Of a DNA stretch of 64,000 nucleotides, positions 24,218-34,860 are shown piece after piece (within the stretch, counting starts at the first letter, position 1; each line of letters opens with the position of its first letter). The position numbers were made by a program, and so were the translations under genes. A model generated the notes under the pieces. It did not search any database. It saw nothing but the letters and a program-made list of their open reading frames with translations, and was not told the origin of the DNA. Source of the DNA: a virus; the IMG/VR virus record IMGVR_UViG_3300027908_000003, positions 1 to 64,000 of that record. The stretch is one strand, 5' to 3'.

Positions 24218-24424
24218 CTAAGGTGTTCTTCTGCGCATTGTTCCTCCTCCGCGCCAAGTCTCTGTACCAGGAATTATTAATTGACGTTTTTGTAACATCG
24301 GTTCATATGGCTCATCATCCCCATGCAAAGGACAAAGCTTGCATACTCCAGCAGGAGTGCAAGAACATTCTTCACAACGAAGTTTGTGATACTCCCAAAA
24401 TACTTTCTCGCTCATGCTATTCAT
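24218..24424 (-). CDS. small Cys-rich protein
   Basis: 68 aa with CEECSC...CKLCP. Confidence 0.45.
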   Translation of the reverse strand: MNSMSEKVFWEYHKLRCEECSCTPAGVCKLCPLHGDDEPYEPMLQKRQLIIPGTETWRGGGTMRRRTP

Positions 24425-24894
24425 TTCTCAGCCAATGTAATTCCACCAATTGAAAGTACAACTGCGTCTGTTTCGTCTGCACCAGAGCTATCAAATCTTT
24501 TAAATTTATGATCAGGATATTTCTTCTTTATAATTTCAAAACACTCTTTCTTAGATAAGTTTCCTCTTCCAAGAGATGCTTTTCTAGCACTTGTGGCTCT
24601 TGCTTCTATAACCATTAAACCTCTTAACTTGCATACGCAACTTGAGATTGCTTGATAATGTGCGATTTTTCTTGTGGCTTCTGCATTTCTCACGACTGAC
24701 AAAAACTCTATTACTGCTACATCTGGTGCTGTTGATGCTAACCAATTCTGCAACCATAAGAAATATCCAACTAAATTCTCTGATGATGATTTATTTTTAT
24801 CCTTAAACCATGCATCGGTTAACAGAAGTTTTTGATCTTCTGTCAAAGCAACTCCGCAGACTGAGCTGCTCGGGTCTACTCCTGCTATTTTCAT
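24421..24894 (-). CDS. ruvC: RuvC-like Holliday junction resolvase
   Basis: MKIAGVDPSSSVCGVAL (the first catalytic Asp motif) and C-terminal DETDAVVLSIGG (the DAxDA-like motif). Confidence 0.7.
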   Translation of the reverse strand: MKIAGVDPSSSVCGVALTEDQKLLLTDAWFKDKNKSSSENLVGYFLWLQNWLASTAPDVAVIEFLSVVRNAEATRKIAHYQAISSCVCKLRGLMVIEARATSARKASLGRGNLSKKECFEIIKKKYPDHKFKRFDSSGADETDAVVLSIGGITLAEK

Positions 24895-25286
24895 TCAGAA
24901 AAATAGCTTTCATATTCCCATCTATCTAAAGAAATAGTTTTTGAACTAGAAATTTGTAAAGCTTTTATTAAAGAATTAATTGACTCAGCATCTGGCATAG
25001 AAGGAATCTTCATAAGATTAACCGCAATCTTCAAGCTAGTTTTCTTATTATAATCTTCACGACTTACTTCTGGAGGAATATAGCCTCTCTCAATTTTATC
25101 TGCTATTTTTCTAAGTTTGTCTGCAGTTTTCTTAAAACTTTTTATAGATTCATTTCTATATCTTATACAATAATTTTTATAAGTTTTATCTTCTCTCTCT
25201 CTCTTGTTTTCAAGCGCAGTTATAAAATCCTCCACCTTTACAGATATCTTCAAGCTATCTCGGCGCATCTGACTTCTCCATTTCAT
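24891..25286 (-). CDS. hypothetical protein
   Basis: 131-aa ORF. Confidence 0.5.
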   Translation of the reverse strand: MKWRSQMRRDSLKISVKVEDFITALENKREREDKTYKNYCIRYRNESIKSFKKTADKLRKIADKIERGYIPPEVSREDYNKKTSLKIAVNLMKIPSMPDAESINSLIKALQISSSKTISLDRWEYESYFSE

Positions 25287-27351
25287 ATTTACTCATCTGT
25301 CGAGAAAGTCGCTCACAATCAAGATGATAGTTATTTCTCAAAACTTTAAGATCAGTAACAACCTTTCTAGCCTCATGCTCTTTTTTACCTAATTCTAATA
25401 CTTCTATATCCCCACGAACTTGAGCCTCGCGATGCTCATTGGTGTTTCTCTTATTATCCTCGCCCATAAATGGAACTTCCTTAGCAACTACAGCTTCTCT
25501 ATAGGTTCTCATCTTTATATAATCATTCATTTCATCTTCATGCTGCATCAGAACCCAGTTCATTCTTGTCTCATATGCATGGAATCTGGCATGTAATGAA
25601 AACAGTTCATCTCTAGAACACAAAGAAACATCTATTGGGAATTGAGGAGCATTCTCATCACTATAATTAGGCGGCGTAGGAAAATTCTCTTTTTGAATAA
25701 TCTCCATCGCGCGATTTTGCGCCGAAAGTTTGTCATCGGTAACAGTAACTCCAGTTTGTGCTTCAAAGAACTTATCAAAATTACTCTGAGTAACAGGTTT
25801 AGAAACTACTTCAGGTGCTTGTACTGGCTGAGGTTTACTTACTGATTCTGCAGCTGCTTGTCCTATAGAACGATCTTTTTGTTCTTCCTCGCTAATTCTA
25901 ATTGGACCAGCTAAATTCTCCGGGGAAAATTCTTTATTATTCTCGGGCGAGATTTGCACCGGAACAGAAATCATAGCCTCAGTATTTATAGACTCAGGTA
26001 AGGCAATTTTAACTTTCTGTCCACTAGGAAGAGTTATTTCTGTAAGCGGTAGTTCCTCTTTTAATATTATCTCTTCTCTTTGATCATCAGAAAGAAAATG
26101 ATCAACTAATTCAGGACCCGGAACCTCTTTAGTAACAGCCATCTGAGACTCTTTCACAGCAGCAACAGACTCTGGATTATCCATTGCTTTAGCTCGCGCT
26201 AATTCCTCTGGAGAAACTTTTCCATCAGGATTGAGAACCATAAATCTAAGCTCATTATCTCCAATAGAGGGAATTTCTTTCCTACCTCGACCATAAGCTT
26301 TTAAGCAAGGTCCAGTTACTAAACTCTCAATCTTCTCTCTCTCGGCGGAAATATCGCCGGTAGTCTCCTCCTCAACATTCAATCCCAAATCAGCTTTAGT
26401 AACTACAGTCTCAGGAGCTTTTACCTCAGCAACAATTCCACCAATGCTTGTTCCACCTCTATCCGCCGAAATCGCCCCTGCTTCTACCTCACTCTCATTT
26501 ACTGGCATTTTGGTTGACTCTTCCTTTGGTCCATCTGGGTTTTCAACAATATATAGTAATTTCTCTGTAGGAACAGAATCTAATTTAGTGATATCTACTC
26601 CGTGCGCTTTTACCGCCGGAAGAGTCAACTGTGAAATTATTGCATCGCGTGTTCCATCTTCTTTAACCTTCGGGGCTTTAGATACTTTCCCTTCTGGCTG
26701 CGTCTCTGGAGTTTGTGCTCTGGCAAAAGCTCCGGCATCTTCATCTGTGTTTCCAGTTTGTCCTCCAGCTCCCCCATCTGGCGCAACTGCTCCGGTGTTG
26801 GGTCCTTCAGTCGCCTGAGCACGTTCGCCTGCTCCCTCATCTGCTGGCGTAGGACTCGCTGGCGTAATTTCTCCGGCTTTTTCCTCATCCGCGCTAGCTT
26901 CCGCTTGCGGTGTGATTTCTTGAATTTCTTGGGCCGGTTCATTGGATCGCCTTTCTTTCTCGGCTACATATGCCTTACGATCTTCTTCTACCTTCTCAGT
27001 TTGTGGGTAAGCATCTAAACCTGTAATTAATGCTTCTAGAATTCCATCAGTTAAAGTAGAAAGATCAAGACCATTGTGGATATGATCTACAATTTCTGTC
27101 TCAGCAGGAGCTTGTGCATGAGTAGCAACAGGGATTTCAGGAGCTAAATCAGTCTGAGCAATAAAGAGTATAGTATTAACATTGTCAGATTTATTACCGT
27201 TGTTAAAAGCAGCTTGAGCAGCAGCAACAATATCTGTTGCATCTTTCAATCTTTGTTTTTCATCAGTAGGTACAGCCGGCTCATAAATTCCGCGTGATAG
27301 ACTCTCGACAAGAATTGCTGTCGCTTGCTGGTCATTTAAAATTGCTGTCAT
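25255..27351 (-). CDS. large acidic protein with disordered and repeat segments
   Basis: 698 aa. Carries two related modules (LPAVKAHGVDITKL...IVENPDGPKEE and GPCLKAYGRGRKEI...MVLNPDGKVSPEE) and an acidic/Pro-rich middle. Function unknown. Confidence 0.55.
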   Translation of the reverse strand: MTAILNDQQATAILVESLSRGIYEPAVPTDEKQRLKDATDIVAAAQAAFNNGNKSDNVNTILFIAQTDLAPEIPVATHAQAPAETEIVDHIHNGLDLSTLTDGILEALITGLDAYPQTEKVEEDRKAYVAEKERRSNEPAQEIQEITPQAEASADEEKAGEITPASPTPADEGAGERAQATEGPNTGAVAPDGGAGGQTGNTDEDAGAFARAQTPETQPEGKVSKAPKVKEDGTRDAIISQLTLPAVKAHGVDITKLDSVPTEKLLYIVENPDGPKEESTKMPVNESEVEAGAISADRGGTSIGGIVAEVKAPETVVTKADLGLNVEEETTGDISAEREKIESLVTGPCLKAYGRGRKEIPSIGDNELRFMVLNPDGKVSPEELARAKAMDNPESVAAVKESQMAVTKEVPGPELVDHFLSDDQREEIILKEELPLTEITLPSGQKVKIALPESINTEAMISVPVQISPENNKEFSPENLAGPIRISEEEQKDRSIGQAAAESVSKPQPVQAPEVVSKPVTQSNFDKFFEAQTGVTVTDDKLSAQNRAMEIIQKENFPTPPNYSDENAPQFPIDVSLCSRDELFSLHARFHAYETRMNWVLMQHEDEMNDYIKMRTYREAVVAKEVPFMGEDNKRNTNEHREAQVRGDIEVLELGKKEHEARKVVTDLKVLRNNYHLDCERLSRQMSKYEMEKSDAPR

Positions 27352-27352
27352 T

Positions 27353-28381
27353 TTAACTCCACCGCTCTAGAACTTCCTCTCGTATTTTAATAGGATCATA
27401 AGAAGGATATAGTTTTTTTGCATTCTCTACTAACATCGATTCTGATAATTTTTTACGTTTCTCTTTGAAGTCTATTTTGCAGTGAGGCTTTTCACTACAG
27501 TATTTGCATTCTCCAACAGACCACTTTGCACTCTCTCCTTCTCGAACATGCGGTGGAATCTCATCTCTTTCAAAATATCCACGCCAATCTTTCAATCTTT
27601 CTCGACCTATCTTATCTACCTCAGAATCAAGTGAAACATAATAACTAGCAGTACAAGTAAGAGGTTCCTCCCTGCTGGCATAAAACAATGTACCATCATC
27701 AGGAGGTTCTACTTTTAAGACTCTAGGTTTACATTTACCATTATGATCAACTGGGCAGATATCTTTTCCATTTTTTATCAACAAGCCGCTTATACCGCAT
27801 GTAACAACAGTAGGAGAAAATTTTTTATTAGCTTCTGCAATATAAGATTTAAGCTGTCTAATATACTTTTTATGTGAATAAATCGTTGATTCAGGATTTT
27901 GTCTCATAGCCAAAACTTTTTCATGTGAAGTTGTCTTCACATCTGTAACTGTTGATTTATTATAAAATGGAGGCAACAGTATAGCATCTGGCGAGCCAGT
28001 TAGCCAACAATCACGATCTTCAAAATAAGTTTGTGCATCATCGGCACCAGTTACATCTGCAGAAAGCAAAACACCATAATCAGACCAACGCTTGACAAAT
28101 AAATGCTCAATCATAGTACCTAAATCAAATAGCATTCTAGTTTTAGGATCTAAAGGTTTAGGGTCTATTGGCCGCATTAAATTGTAAACTTGTGCTCTAC
28201 CGCACACGACAGGATCATCGCCGGGAAATTTAGAATAATTAAAGCTAGTATGCCCTTTTTTATTGTTAAATCCCTCCCGCCATATCTTCCTCTCTTCATT
28301 TTCATATGCAGATATTAGTGTTGCCTCCACGGGCGTAATCCCGCTGAGGCTTCCCCACAGTGCTGCTCTTGTCATACCCAC
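27353..28381 (-). CDS. Cas4/RecB-like PD-(D/E)XK exonuclease with a Cys cluster
   Basis: GSPD...TDVKT...QLKSY (D, ExK-like and QxxxY motifs), plus an N-terminal Cys and C-terminal CKYCSEKPHC (CxxCx5C), as in Cas4-family 4Fe-4S nucleases. Confidence 0.6.
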   Translation of the reverse strand: MGMTRAALWGSLSGITPVEATLISAYENEERKIWREGFNNKKGHTSFNYSKFPGDDPVVCGRAQVYNLMRPIDPKPLDPKTRMLFDLGTMIEHLFVKRWSDYGVLLSADVTGADDAQTYFEDRDCWLTGSPDAILLPPFYNKSTVTDVKTTSHEKVLAMRQNPESTIYSHKKYIRQLKSYIAEANKKFSPTVVTCGISGLLIKNGKDICPVDHNGKCKPRVLKVEPPDDGTLFYASREEPLTCTASYYVSLDSEVDKIGRERLKDWRGYFERDEIPPHVREGESAKWSVGECKYCSEKPHCKIDFKEKRKKLSESMLVENAKKLYPSYDPIKIREEVLERWS

Positions 28382-28857
28382 AATGTCATTCCTAATCCAG
28401 AGCTGCGAATAGCATCGGCATTGTCTTTTCCATATGCGATTAAAGCAGAAGGTCCCCCAGAATTACCTGGAGCAGATTGTCCAGCACCAGAAATAAATGT
28501 GATTCTTCCCCTAACAAAACAAATTGCAGTAGCGTTGCTAACCGTTGAATGCCACCATTTAACATCGGTTCTAGAAAACACCAAGGCAATTCCATTTCCA
28601 TGTTTAGCAAGCTTTTCCATCCATTTACCTGTTTCTCTACCGTATGGTGGATTCATCCATACTCTTCCAAACCATTCTTTTAATAATCCGTCATCAACAA
28701 AATCATAAGATTGCTTAACAGGTATATAAGAAATTTTTTGTTCCGGCATACACGGATCTAAATCAAATTGCAAATCTATTTTGTCAAAAATATATTTAGG
28801 AGTCCACCACTCATCAGACTTTCCTTGATTAGGTATATGAGGATGATCCCAAGGCAT
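28372..28857 (-). CDS. DNA N6-adenine methyltransferase (phage Dam family)
   Basis: SDEWWTPKYIF...FDLDPC...VWMNPPYG matches the phage Dam (DEWxTP, DLDPC, NPPY) signature. Confidence 0.75.
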   Translation of the reverse strand: MPWDHPHIPNQGKSDEWWTPKYIFDKIDLQFDLDPCMPEQKISYIPVKQSYDFVDDGLLKEWFGRVWMNPPYGRETGKWMEKLAKHGNGIALVFSRTDVKWWHSTVSNATAICFVRGRITFISGAGQSAPGNSGGPSALIAYGKDNADAIRSSGLGMTLWV

Positions 28858-28859
28858 TA

Positions 28860-29081
28860 TTATCTTCTTTCATCCATCAACTTATTTATGTGATTAATTA
28901 TATCTAGCATACATCGCTTATTCCAGATTGTGTCACCCATAGGCCAAAAAGTATATTGCCTCCAAGCACCATACCATTTAATTTGTCCTAGCGGTTCAGA
29001 TGTTCTCTTACTTACAACTACAATTAATTTTGTTTTACCAGGATAATGATCATCCTCTTCAAAGTTTAAATACTCACTCAT
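28860..29081 (-). CDS. hypothetical protein
   Basis: 73-aa ORF. Confidence 0.45.
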   Translation of the reverse strand: MSEYLNFEEDDHYPGKTKLIVVVSKRTSEPLGQIKWYGAWRQYTFWPMGDTIWNKRCMLDIINHINKLMDERR

Positions 29082-29284
29082 TTTTTATTTCTCAATCTAG
29101 TTTTTATTTCAAGTAATTCTTGTGGAGTTACATATGTATCAACATATTTTCTATCTACAGAATCCCATATATCAAAATGAGAACCATAATAATCAGAAGT
29201 AAACAATAATGCCTCATCTAAATCATCTGTGCTACCAGGACCACTAACTTCTGGAGCTACACAAATAAATTCATATCTACTCAA
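29078..29284 (-). CDS. hypothetical protein
   Basis: 68-aa ORF. Confidence 0.45.
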   Translation of the reverse strand: MSRYEFICVAPEVSGPGSTDDLDEALLFTSDYYGSHFDIWDSVDRKYVDTYVTPQELLEIKTRLRNKK

Positions 29285-29486
29285 CTGTAGTCACCTTGAT
29301 TTTCTTACCTTGCATTGGATAACTCCATTTGTTTCTACTCCACCAGTAACCATTAAAGTCACAATCAGGAATCTCATCATCTCTAGAGAAATATTGTCCG
29401 CATCCTCTACACCGGGCGCGAAACGCGCCGGAAGGTAACTCATATTCTTCGCATGTAGGACACACTACAATAGTAAATTCTTTCAT
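29277..29486 (-). CDS. small Zn-ribbon-like protein
   Basis: 69 aa with CPTC...CRGCG. Confidence 0.45.
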   Translation of the reverse strand: MKEFTIVVCPTCEEYELPSGAFRARCRGCGQYFSRDDEIPDCDFNGYWWSRNKWSYPMQGKKIKVTTVE

Positions 29487-29872
29487 AGCTTTCTAGGATC
29501 TCCATTTTTAGGCCAACCTTCTGTGCGCCATTTATCCCAAAACTTTAGCTCACTTTCTGGTGGCAGTGAATAGCCATAATCAGGTTCATATGGAGACGTA
29601 ATATCAGTTATGACTTTACAGATCCTACAAACCTTGCTAGGCCAATAGAATGTAGCACCGTAATTACTAAATAATATTGCTCTTTGATGGAATTTAACAT
29701 CACAAGTACAATCTTTATAGCCTAAAAAATATGGTTTCTGTCCTTTAATTTCATTGTAGTTAATTACAAATTCAGACGGCACAGAATCGCTGGTTCCATT
29801 ATACTCACCATAGCCAATTGTATCTAAGGAAACAATATCTAATATTTCAAGTATAGCGCTACTCACTACCAC
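29483..29872 (-). CDS. hypothetical protein
   Basis: 129-aa ORF. Confidence 0.5.
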   Translation of the reverse strand: MVVSSAILEILDIVSLDTIGYGEYNGTSDSVPSEFVINYNEIKGQKPYFLGYKDCTCDVKFHQRAILFSNYGATFYWPSKVCRICKVITDITSPYEPDYGYSLPPESELKFWDKWRTEGWPKNGDPRKL

Positions 29873-30054
29873 ATAGACTTTCTATCAGGCGGTTCTTTCT
29901 CTGGATAATAATCTACAACAGCATTATCCTCTGGCCTCTTTAGCGTGCACCAATCTTCATCTATCTGTTTTAGCTCAAATTGATTTTCAATATATATAAG
30001 TAATTTTTTAGCATCTTCATCAGGAAGAACAATTTTTATTCCACACCAAGTCAT
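29866..30054 (-). CDS. hypothetical protein
   Basis: 62-aa ORF. Confidence 0.45.
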   Translation of the reverse strand: MTWCGIKIVLPDEDAKKLLIYIENQFELKQIDEDWCTLKRPEDNAVVDYYPEKEPPDRKSMW

Positions 30055-30056
30055 AG

Positions 30057-31154
30057 TTAGGTTCCTGCTAACATAGCTTTACGAATCATATCTGCTAAAT
30101 CTTTATCAGCATCAATCATTTGTCTCAAAGATCTCTCACCCTGCAACTTTTGCCCTGACGGAAGAGTAACCCAGCCACCTTGTTTTGACTTTCCTCTATC
30201 TGCTATTGCTGGTTGACCACTCCTATGCGCGACATTCCCCTGCTTATCAAGATATTCTGCACCCTCCATAAGCTCGAATGTATGGTCAAATTGGTGAGTA
30301 TTTAAATCCAATCTGAGATGAGCTTTTCTGAATGGCCTACACACACGGCTTCTAGAAACATTAACTACAATTTCCTGCCCGTCTGCCTCTTTCATTCCTG
30401 CAATCCCAATAATCCCTTTCTCTTTTAATTTATCTTCAGTTTGCAATAGCCCTTCATCATCATAATAAAGCCATTTTGTTTGTTTTACTTGGAGATTTAA
30501 TCCAGATTGGTGTTCTAACTCCTTACCGCCAAGGGGTTTTTCTGACTTCGTTTTAAAGTTCTGAGAAGCGTGATCAATCGTTACAATTGCATTTTCTTGC
30601 TTGTCCATTGCATTTGTTATATATTCAAAAGCCTTTTCCCAAACACGGACCTTCAGCCCTACATCCCAATCACCAGCATCTTTATTTAATCTATCCTGTG
30701 GCTTACCTTCAGAAACTGAATCCAATATATGAACATGGCAGCTTCCTAAAAGTAACTGAAGCTCTCGTGCAACATCCTCTATTATATCACCTTCTCTAAT
30801 TAGAAGAGTATTAATGTTTAACCCAAGAAATTCAGCATACTCTTTACTATATACAGCCTCTATATCATGCCAACATACCATTAGACCAACAGGAAAGTTT
30901 GGTCCTCTAAGATCTTGTGAAGCTTTCGCAATCAAATATGCAATTCGCGACTTCCCCCCTCCGGGTCCTCCCCAAACTCTGGTAATTCTTCCAAGGGGGA
31001 TTCCGCCGGAAGTAATTCTCATTAAAGCAGGAGACTCTAAAGGTATCTTAGTAATGGGTGGTTCTTCAGCACCAGTATGTATAGAATGCTTCCCGCGTCT
31101 CTTTCTTATGACCTCAATATCTCTATCAAGATTCTCAATTAAGACAGGGCTCAT
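30057..31154 (-). CDS. RecA-family ATPase / recombinase-like protein
   Basis: GGIPLGRITRVWGGPGGGKSRIAYLIA (Walker A in a RecA-like context) and HVHILDSVSEG (Walker B-like). Confidence 0.6.
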   Translation of the reverse strand: MSPVLIENLDRDIEVIRKRRGKHSIHTGAEEPPITKIPLESPALMRITSGGIPLGRITRVWGGPGGGKSRIAYLIAKASQDLRGPNFPVGLMVCWHDIEAVYSKEYAEFLGLNINTLLIREGDIIEDVARELQLLLGSCHVHILDSVSEGKPQDRLNKDAGDWDVGLKVRVWEKAFEYITNAMDKQENAIVTIDHASQNFKTKSEKPLGGKELEHQSGLNLQVKQTKWLYYDDEGLLQTEDKLKEKGIIGIAGMKEADGQEIVVNVSRSRVCRPFRKAHLRLDLNTHQFDHTFELMEGAEYLDKQGNVAHRSGQPAIADRGKSKQGGWVTLPSGQKLQGERSLRQMIDADKDLADMIRKAMLAGT

Positions 31155-31629
31155 AAAAAGTGATCACCATGAAATTCTGTTACTATTTCATGACATTTAT
31201 TCCAATTCTTAGGCTTTCTCCCATATCGTCTTTCTCTTATTTCATTTGAACTAAAACATAATGGACATTCATAAATAGTAATAAAATACCAATGATTTTT
31301 CAATGTGGATCTCCCTCTGGGCCAGAATCCTGCCTGAGTTTTCCTTCATCTTGTAATTGTTTTACACTAGGACTAGCAGGAAATCTATTATGTGGACAAA
31401 AAGTAAGATGATCAAAATCATCGTAACTTAATTTGCATTTATCACATTTAACAATCATTGATTTCACTCGCGTAATCACTCGTGGAATCGATCATATTGC
31501 CTTTTGATCCAATTATTTTACCAAATACATATGGCGCATGTTTTCCCAATCCTAACCCAGTTTTCTCAGATAAATTCCATATCAACTTCCAAAATTTATT
31601 CATGCCCCCACCAATTCCTCAACCGAAGG

Positions 31630-34600
31630 TTAACCTTGTGCTCCACGCATCTCTGCTGCCCAATCCTCTACTTTCATCATGCTATTTACCTTAATCCCTC
31701 TATCATCTTTTGTCCCAGTACACATTACATTACTTCCTACATAAAGAAGTGATTTGTTAGCAGCCCAGGCCGAGGGAAAAAGAGTACACTGAAATGAATC
31801 TAATCCTAAACTTATCTTTATAAAACCCATCTCTTGGCCCGGATTCGCCCCTTTCTTTGTTTTCGTAGACTTCTTCTCTGATATTTGTCCACCTATTACT
31901 ACACTAGAACCAGAGGGCAATTCATTATATTCTTCTTCCGAATGAGTTTTAGAAACTACTAGGGACTCATTCTCGCCCAAAGTTCCCCCCGCAGATAACG
32001 CCATACCGAGCAACTCCATCTCGGCAGCAGCTTTTTCACTATCGCTCCAATTAGCACGGCCACCAAGAGAATCAAGTGCTCCAACTTTTAGTAACTTCTC
32101 TTTGTGTCCTTTGTTAACTTTAGAGTACTTGAATGTCATTTTATTATCAAAATCTTCCAGAGAGGAATACGGCCGAAGTTTCATTACTTGTTCAGAAGAA
32201 GTCTCAGCAATACCTTTAATACCTATCATTCCATATCTCAAAGCGTTACTATCAAAATCAGCTGTATATTCTGAATTAGAAATATTTACATCAGGCGGTA
32301 ATATCTTAACTCCAAAATACTTTGCCTCTTTGATAGCAGCTTTTACAAACCTTTCCTTTTCAGCTTTCTTCTTAGATTTAAATTCTGATAGCAAGACTGT
32401 ATAAAACTCTAGTGCTCCTTTATTCTTTAGAAACCAGTCCTTATAAGCATGAATGCTATAGCAACCACTATGCGGCCTATTGAATCCATATCCAGTCCAA
32501 GGAACTATTGCATCCCATATAATATTTGAGTCATCTAAACCAATTTTTTCTGAAGCTTTTTCGATAAATTCTTTCTTTAAAGAAGCTAATTTTGCTCGAC
32601 CAGCTTGATTCTTTGCCCTATTTTCCTTATCAATAGTCTTACGCACATCATCAGCTTTACCAGCAGAATATCCCATCAAAACTTGAAATATCTCCATTAC
32701 CTGCTCTTGAAAAGCCATCACTCCATATGTATCACTTAGAGTATCTACTAATGCATCTGGAATAGAAAATTCTTCTCTTCCATTCTTTCTTTCAGCAAAA
32801 TGTAAATGTCCCTTCTCGCCCATTCCTCCAGGTCTATAAAGAGCATTGGCAGCAGTTAAATCAATTATATTATTTGGATGCAACTTTTTTAGATAGTTAG
32901 ATATCCCATTCCCTGAAAATTGATTAACCCCCAAATTAACACCAGTCTGCGCTAACTCCATAACTCTAGGATCAACATCATAAGGATTTTTCAAACATGG
33001 AAGATTATCAATATCTATTTTTTCTCCAGTATGAACATAAACTAAATCTATAATAGCTTCATGCTGGTCAAGACCATTGATTCCAAGAGCATCAATCTTT
33101 ATTATTCCCAGTTCTTCCACTATAGAATTTTTTGAAGTCTCTGACCAAGCAGTTCTAAAACCTACTTCTTTTTCATCAGCCCTAATAGTCGCCATATAAT
33201 CTGTGATTAACCCTGGGGTGATAGCTACACCTGCCGCATGTTTAGTTAAACGCATTACCCACGGATCTCCACCATTCTCCATACGCACTGCCTGTTCCCA
33301 AGCATAAGGCCATCTATTAGCCCATTCACCTAACTCAATAATTCTCAATTTCATTTTTTCTAAATCTATATCATGAACAGCATCTATTAATCCAGATTCA
33401 TCATGACATATTTCTGATATCGTTTTGTACGCATCACTATCAAATCCATATAAAACCTTTGTTACTCCCTTTAATGCAGCTCTCGGCTGAAAGTGCTGCT
33501 GAGCCATAATGTCAGCAATGCTATCTCTACCATATTTGATTGCTAAATATTCCTTTGCTTCACCACGCCTACGACTAGGCAAATCAATATCAATATCAGG
33601 CAAACCTTTTCGTTCTGGATTAATAAATCGCTCGAACTTGAATTTATGAGCTATAGGATCAATAGCTGTGATATTTGTTAAATAGCATACAATCGATGCA
33701 GCAGCAGATCCGCGGCAAGTAAGAAGCATAGGACGCTTTTTATCTTCTTTACCTGGTAATGGTTCATCACTTTTCAGCCATCGTACCCAATCTGCGACCA
33801 ACATCAAATAATCAAAATTCTTCCTATTACGGATTACTCCCAGCTCATACTCTAATCTCTTTTCATATACTTCATCCCCTAATTTTCCGATACGTGATAG
33901 ACCATCTTTACACCATTGAATGACTTGTTTCTCTGCATCTCCCGGCGATTTTCCTGCCCGTGGCATCTTTGTTGATCTGTCAATGATGAATGGTTCGATT
34001 TTGCCACCAATGTAATCAGTGTTTCTGACAGCTTCATCGACCACTGTGCTAGGTATATCAGGGTGATTTCGCGCAAAGGTTTCACATACTTCTTTTTCAT
34101 CCATAATATGAAGACCATCATGCCAAAGCTCATATATCTCTTCATTATTTTCTATCCTCTTTTTATTCTTTTCCTCGGCCTCAGCTACTGTGGAATTCAT
34201 ACCAATTAAAATAGCTATCTTTTGAGTATCTACCCAACCTTTTTTAGGGTAATGTGAATCACCCTCATAAACAATTGGTACTCCAAATTTATTTGCTAAT
34301 GAAATAAGCTCTAAATTTACAGCTCTTTGCCTATCGAAATCATGAGGCATAATTGAGAAATATAAATCTTCTCCAAAGATAGATATAGCTCTTTTAACCC
34401 ACCTATCTACTTCTGATTCACTTCCATTCTCTATCAAGAATGCAAGAGGACCAAGAATGCACGAGGTACTAGCAATCAATCCCTCATGATAAGTTTCCAT
34501 CAAATCCCAGTCTATACAAGGAAACTGATACATTCCATCCGCGAATGCAGCGCTAGATATCTTTATAAGATTGTGCCAACCCTTTAAATTTTTAGCTAAA

Positions 34601-34860
34601 AGAAGAAAATGCCACTTTCTGAATCTCCACTCTTTATCTCTTACTAATCTATTAGGACGCCAATACGTCTCAATTCCACATATAGGAAGTATACCTACTC
34701 TATTACATGCCTTTATATGCTTCAGTGATCCTGAAAGTACTCCGTGATTAGTCTCTGAAAGTGCAGTCTGTCCATATGATGCTGCTACTTCTGCATTTTG
34801 TAACTGAGTTCCAAGACCATCAAGAATTGAATCAGAATTGTGTACATGAAGTGAAATCAT
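31630..34860 (-). CDS. dnaE: DNA polymerase III alpha subunit (DnaE-type)
   Basis: 1076 aa. N-terminal PHP motif (SLHVHNSDSILDG), central GLPDIDIDL, and NRPHSGCYS/AYKDWFLK regions typical of DnaE. Confidence 0.85.
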   Translation of the reverse strand: MISLHVHNSDSILDGLGTQLQNAEVAASYGQTALSETNHGVLSGSLKHIKACNRVGILPICGIETYWRPNRLVRDKEWRFRKWHFLLLAKNLKGWHNLIKISSAAFADGMYQFPCIDWDLMETYHEGLIASTSCILGPLAFLIENGSESEVDRWVKRAISIFGEDLYFSIMPHDFDRQRAVNLELISLANKFGVPIVYEGDSHYPKKGWVDTQKIAILIGMNSTVAEAEEKNKKRIENNEEIYELWHDGLHIMDEKEVCETFARNHPDIPSTVVDEAVRNTDYIGGKIEPFIIDRSTKMPRAGKSPGDAEKQVIQWCKDGLSRIGKLGDEVYEKRLEYELGVIRNRKNFDYLMLVADWVRWLKSDEPLPGKEDKKRPMLLTCRGSAAASIVCYLTNITAIDPIAHKFKFERFINPERKGLPDIDIDLPSRRRGEAKEYLAIKYGRDSIADIMAQQHFQPRAALKGVTKVLYGFDSDAYKTISEICHDESGLIDAVHDIDLEKMKLRIIELGEWANRWPYAWEQAVRMENGGDPWVMRLTKHAAGVAITPGLITDYMATIRADEKEVGFRTAWSETSKNSIVEELGIIKIDALGINGLDQHEAIIDLVYVHTGEKIDIDNLPCLKNPYDVDPRVMELAQTGVNLGVNQFSGNGISNYLKKLHPNNIIDLTAANALYRPGGMGEKGHLHFAERKNGREEFSIPDALVDTLSDTYGVMAFQEQVMEIFQVLMGYSAGKADDVRKTIDKENRAKNQAGRAKLASLKKEFIEKASEKIGLDDSNIIWDAIVPWTGYGFNRPHSGCYSIHAYKDWFLKNKGALEFYTVLLSEFKSKKKAEKERFVKAAIKEAKYFGVKILPPDVNISNSEYTADFDSNALRYGMIGIKGIAETSSEQVMKLRPYSSLEDFDNKMTFKYSKVNKGHKEKLLKVGALDSLGGRANWSDSEKAAAEMELLGMALSAGGTLGENESLVVSKTHSEEEYNELPSGSSVVIGGQISEKKSTKTKKGANPGQEMGFIKISLGLDSFQCTLFPSAWAANKSLLYVGSNVMCTGTKDDRGIKVNSMMKVEDWAAEMRGAQG

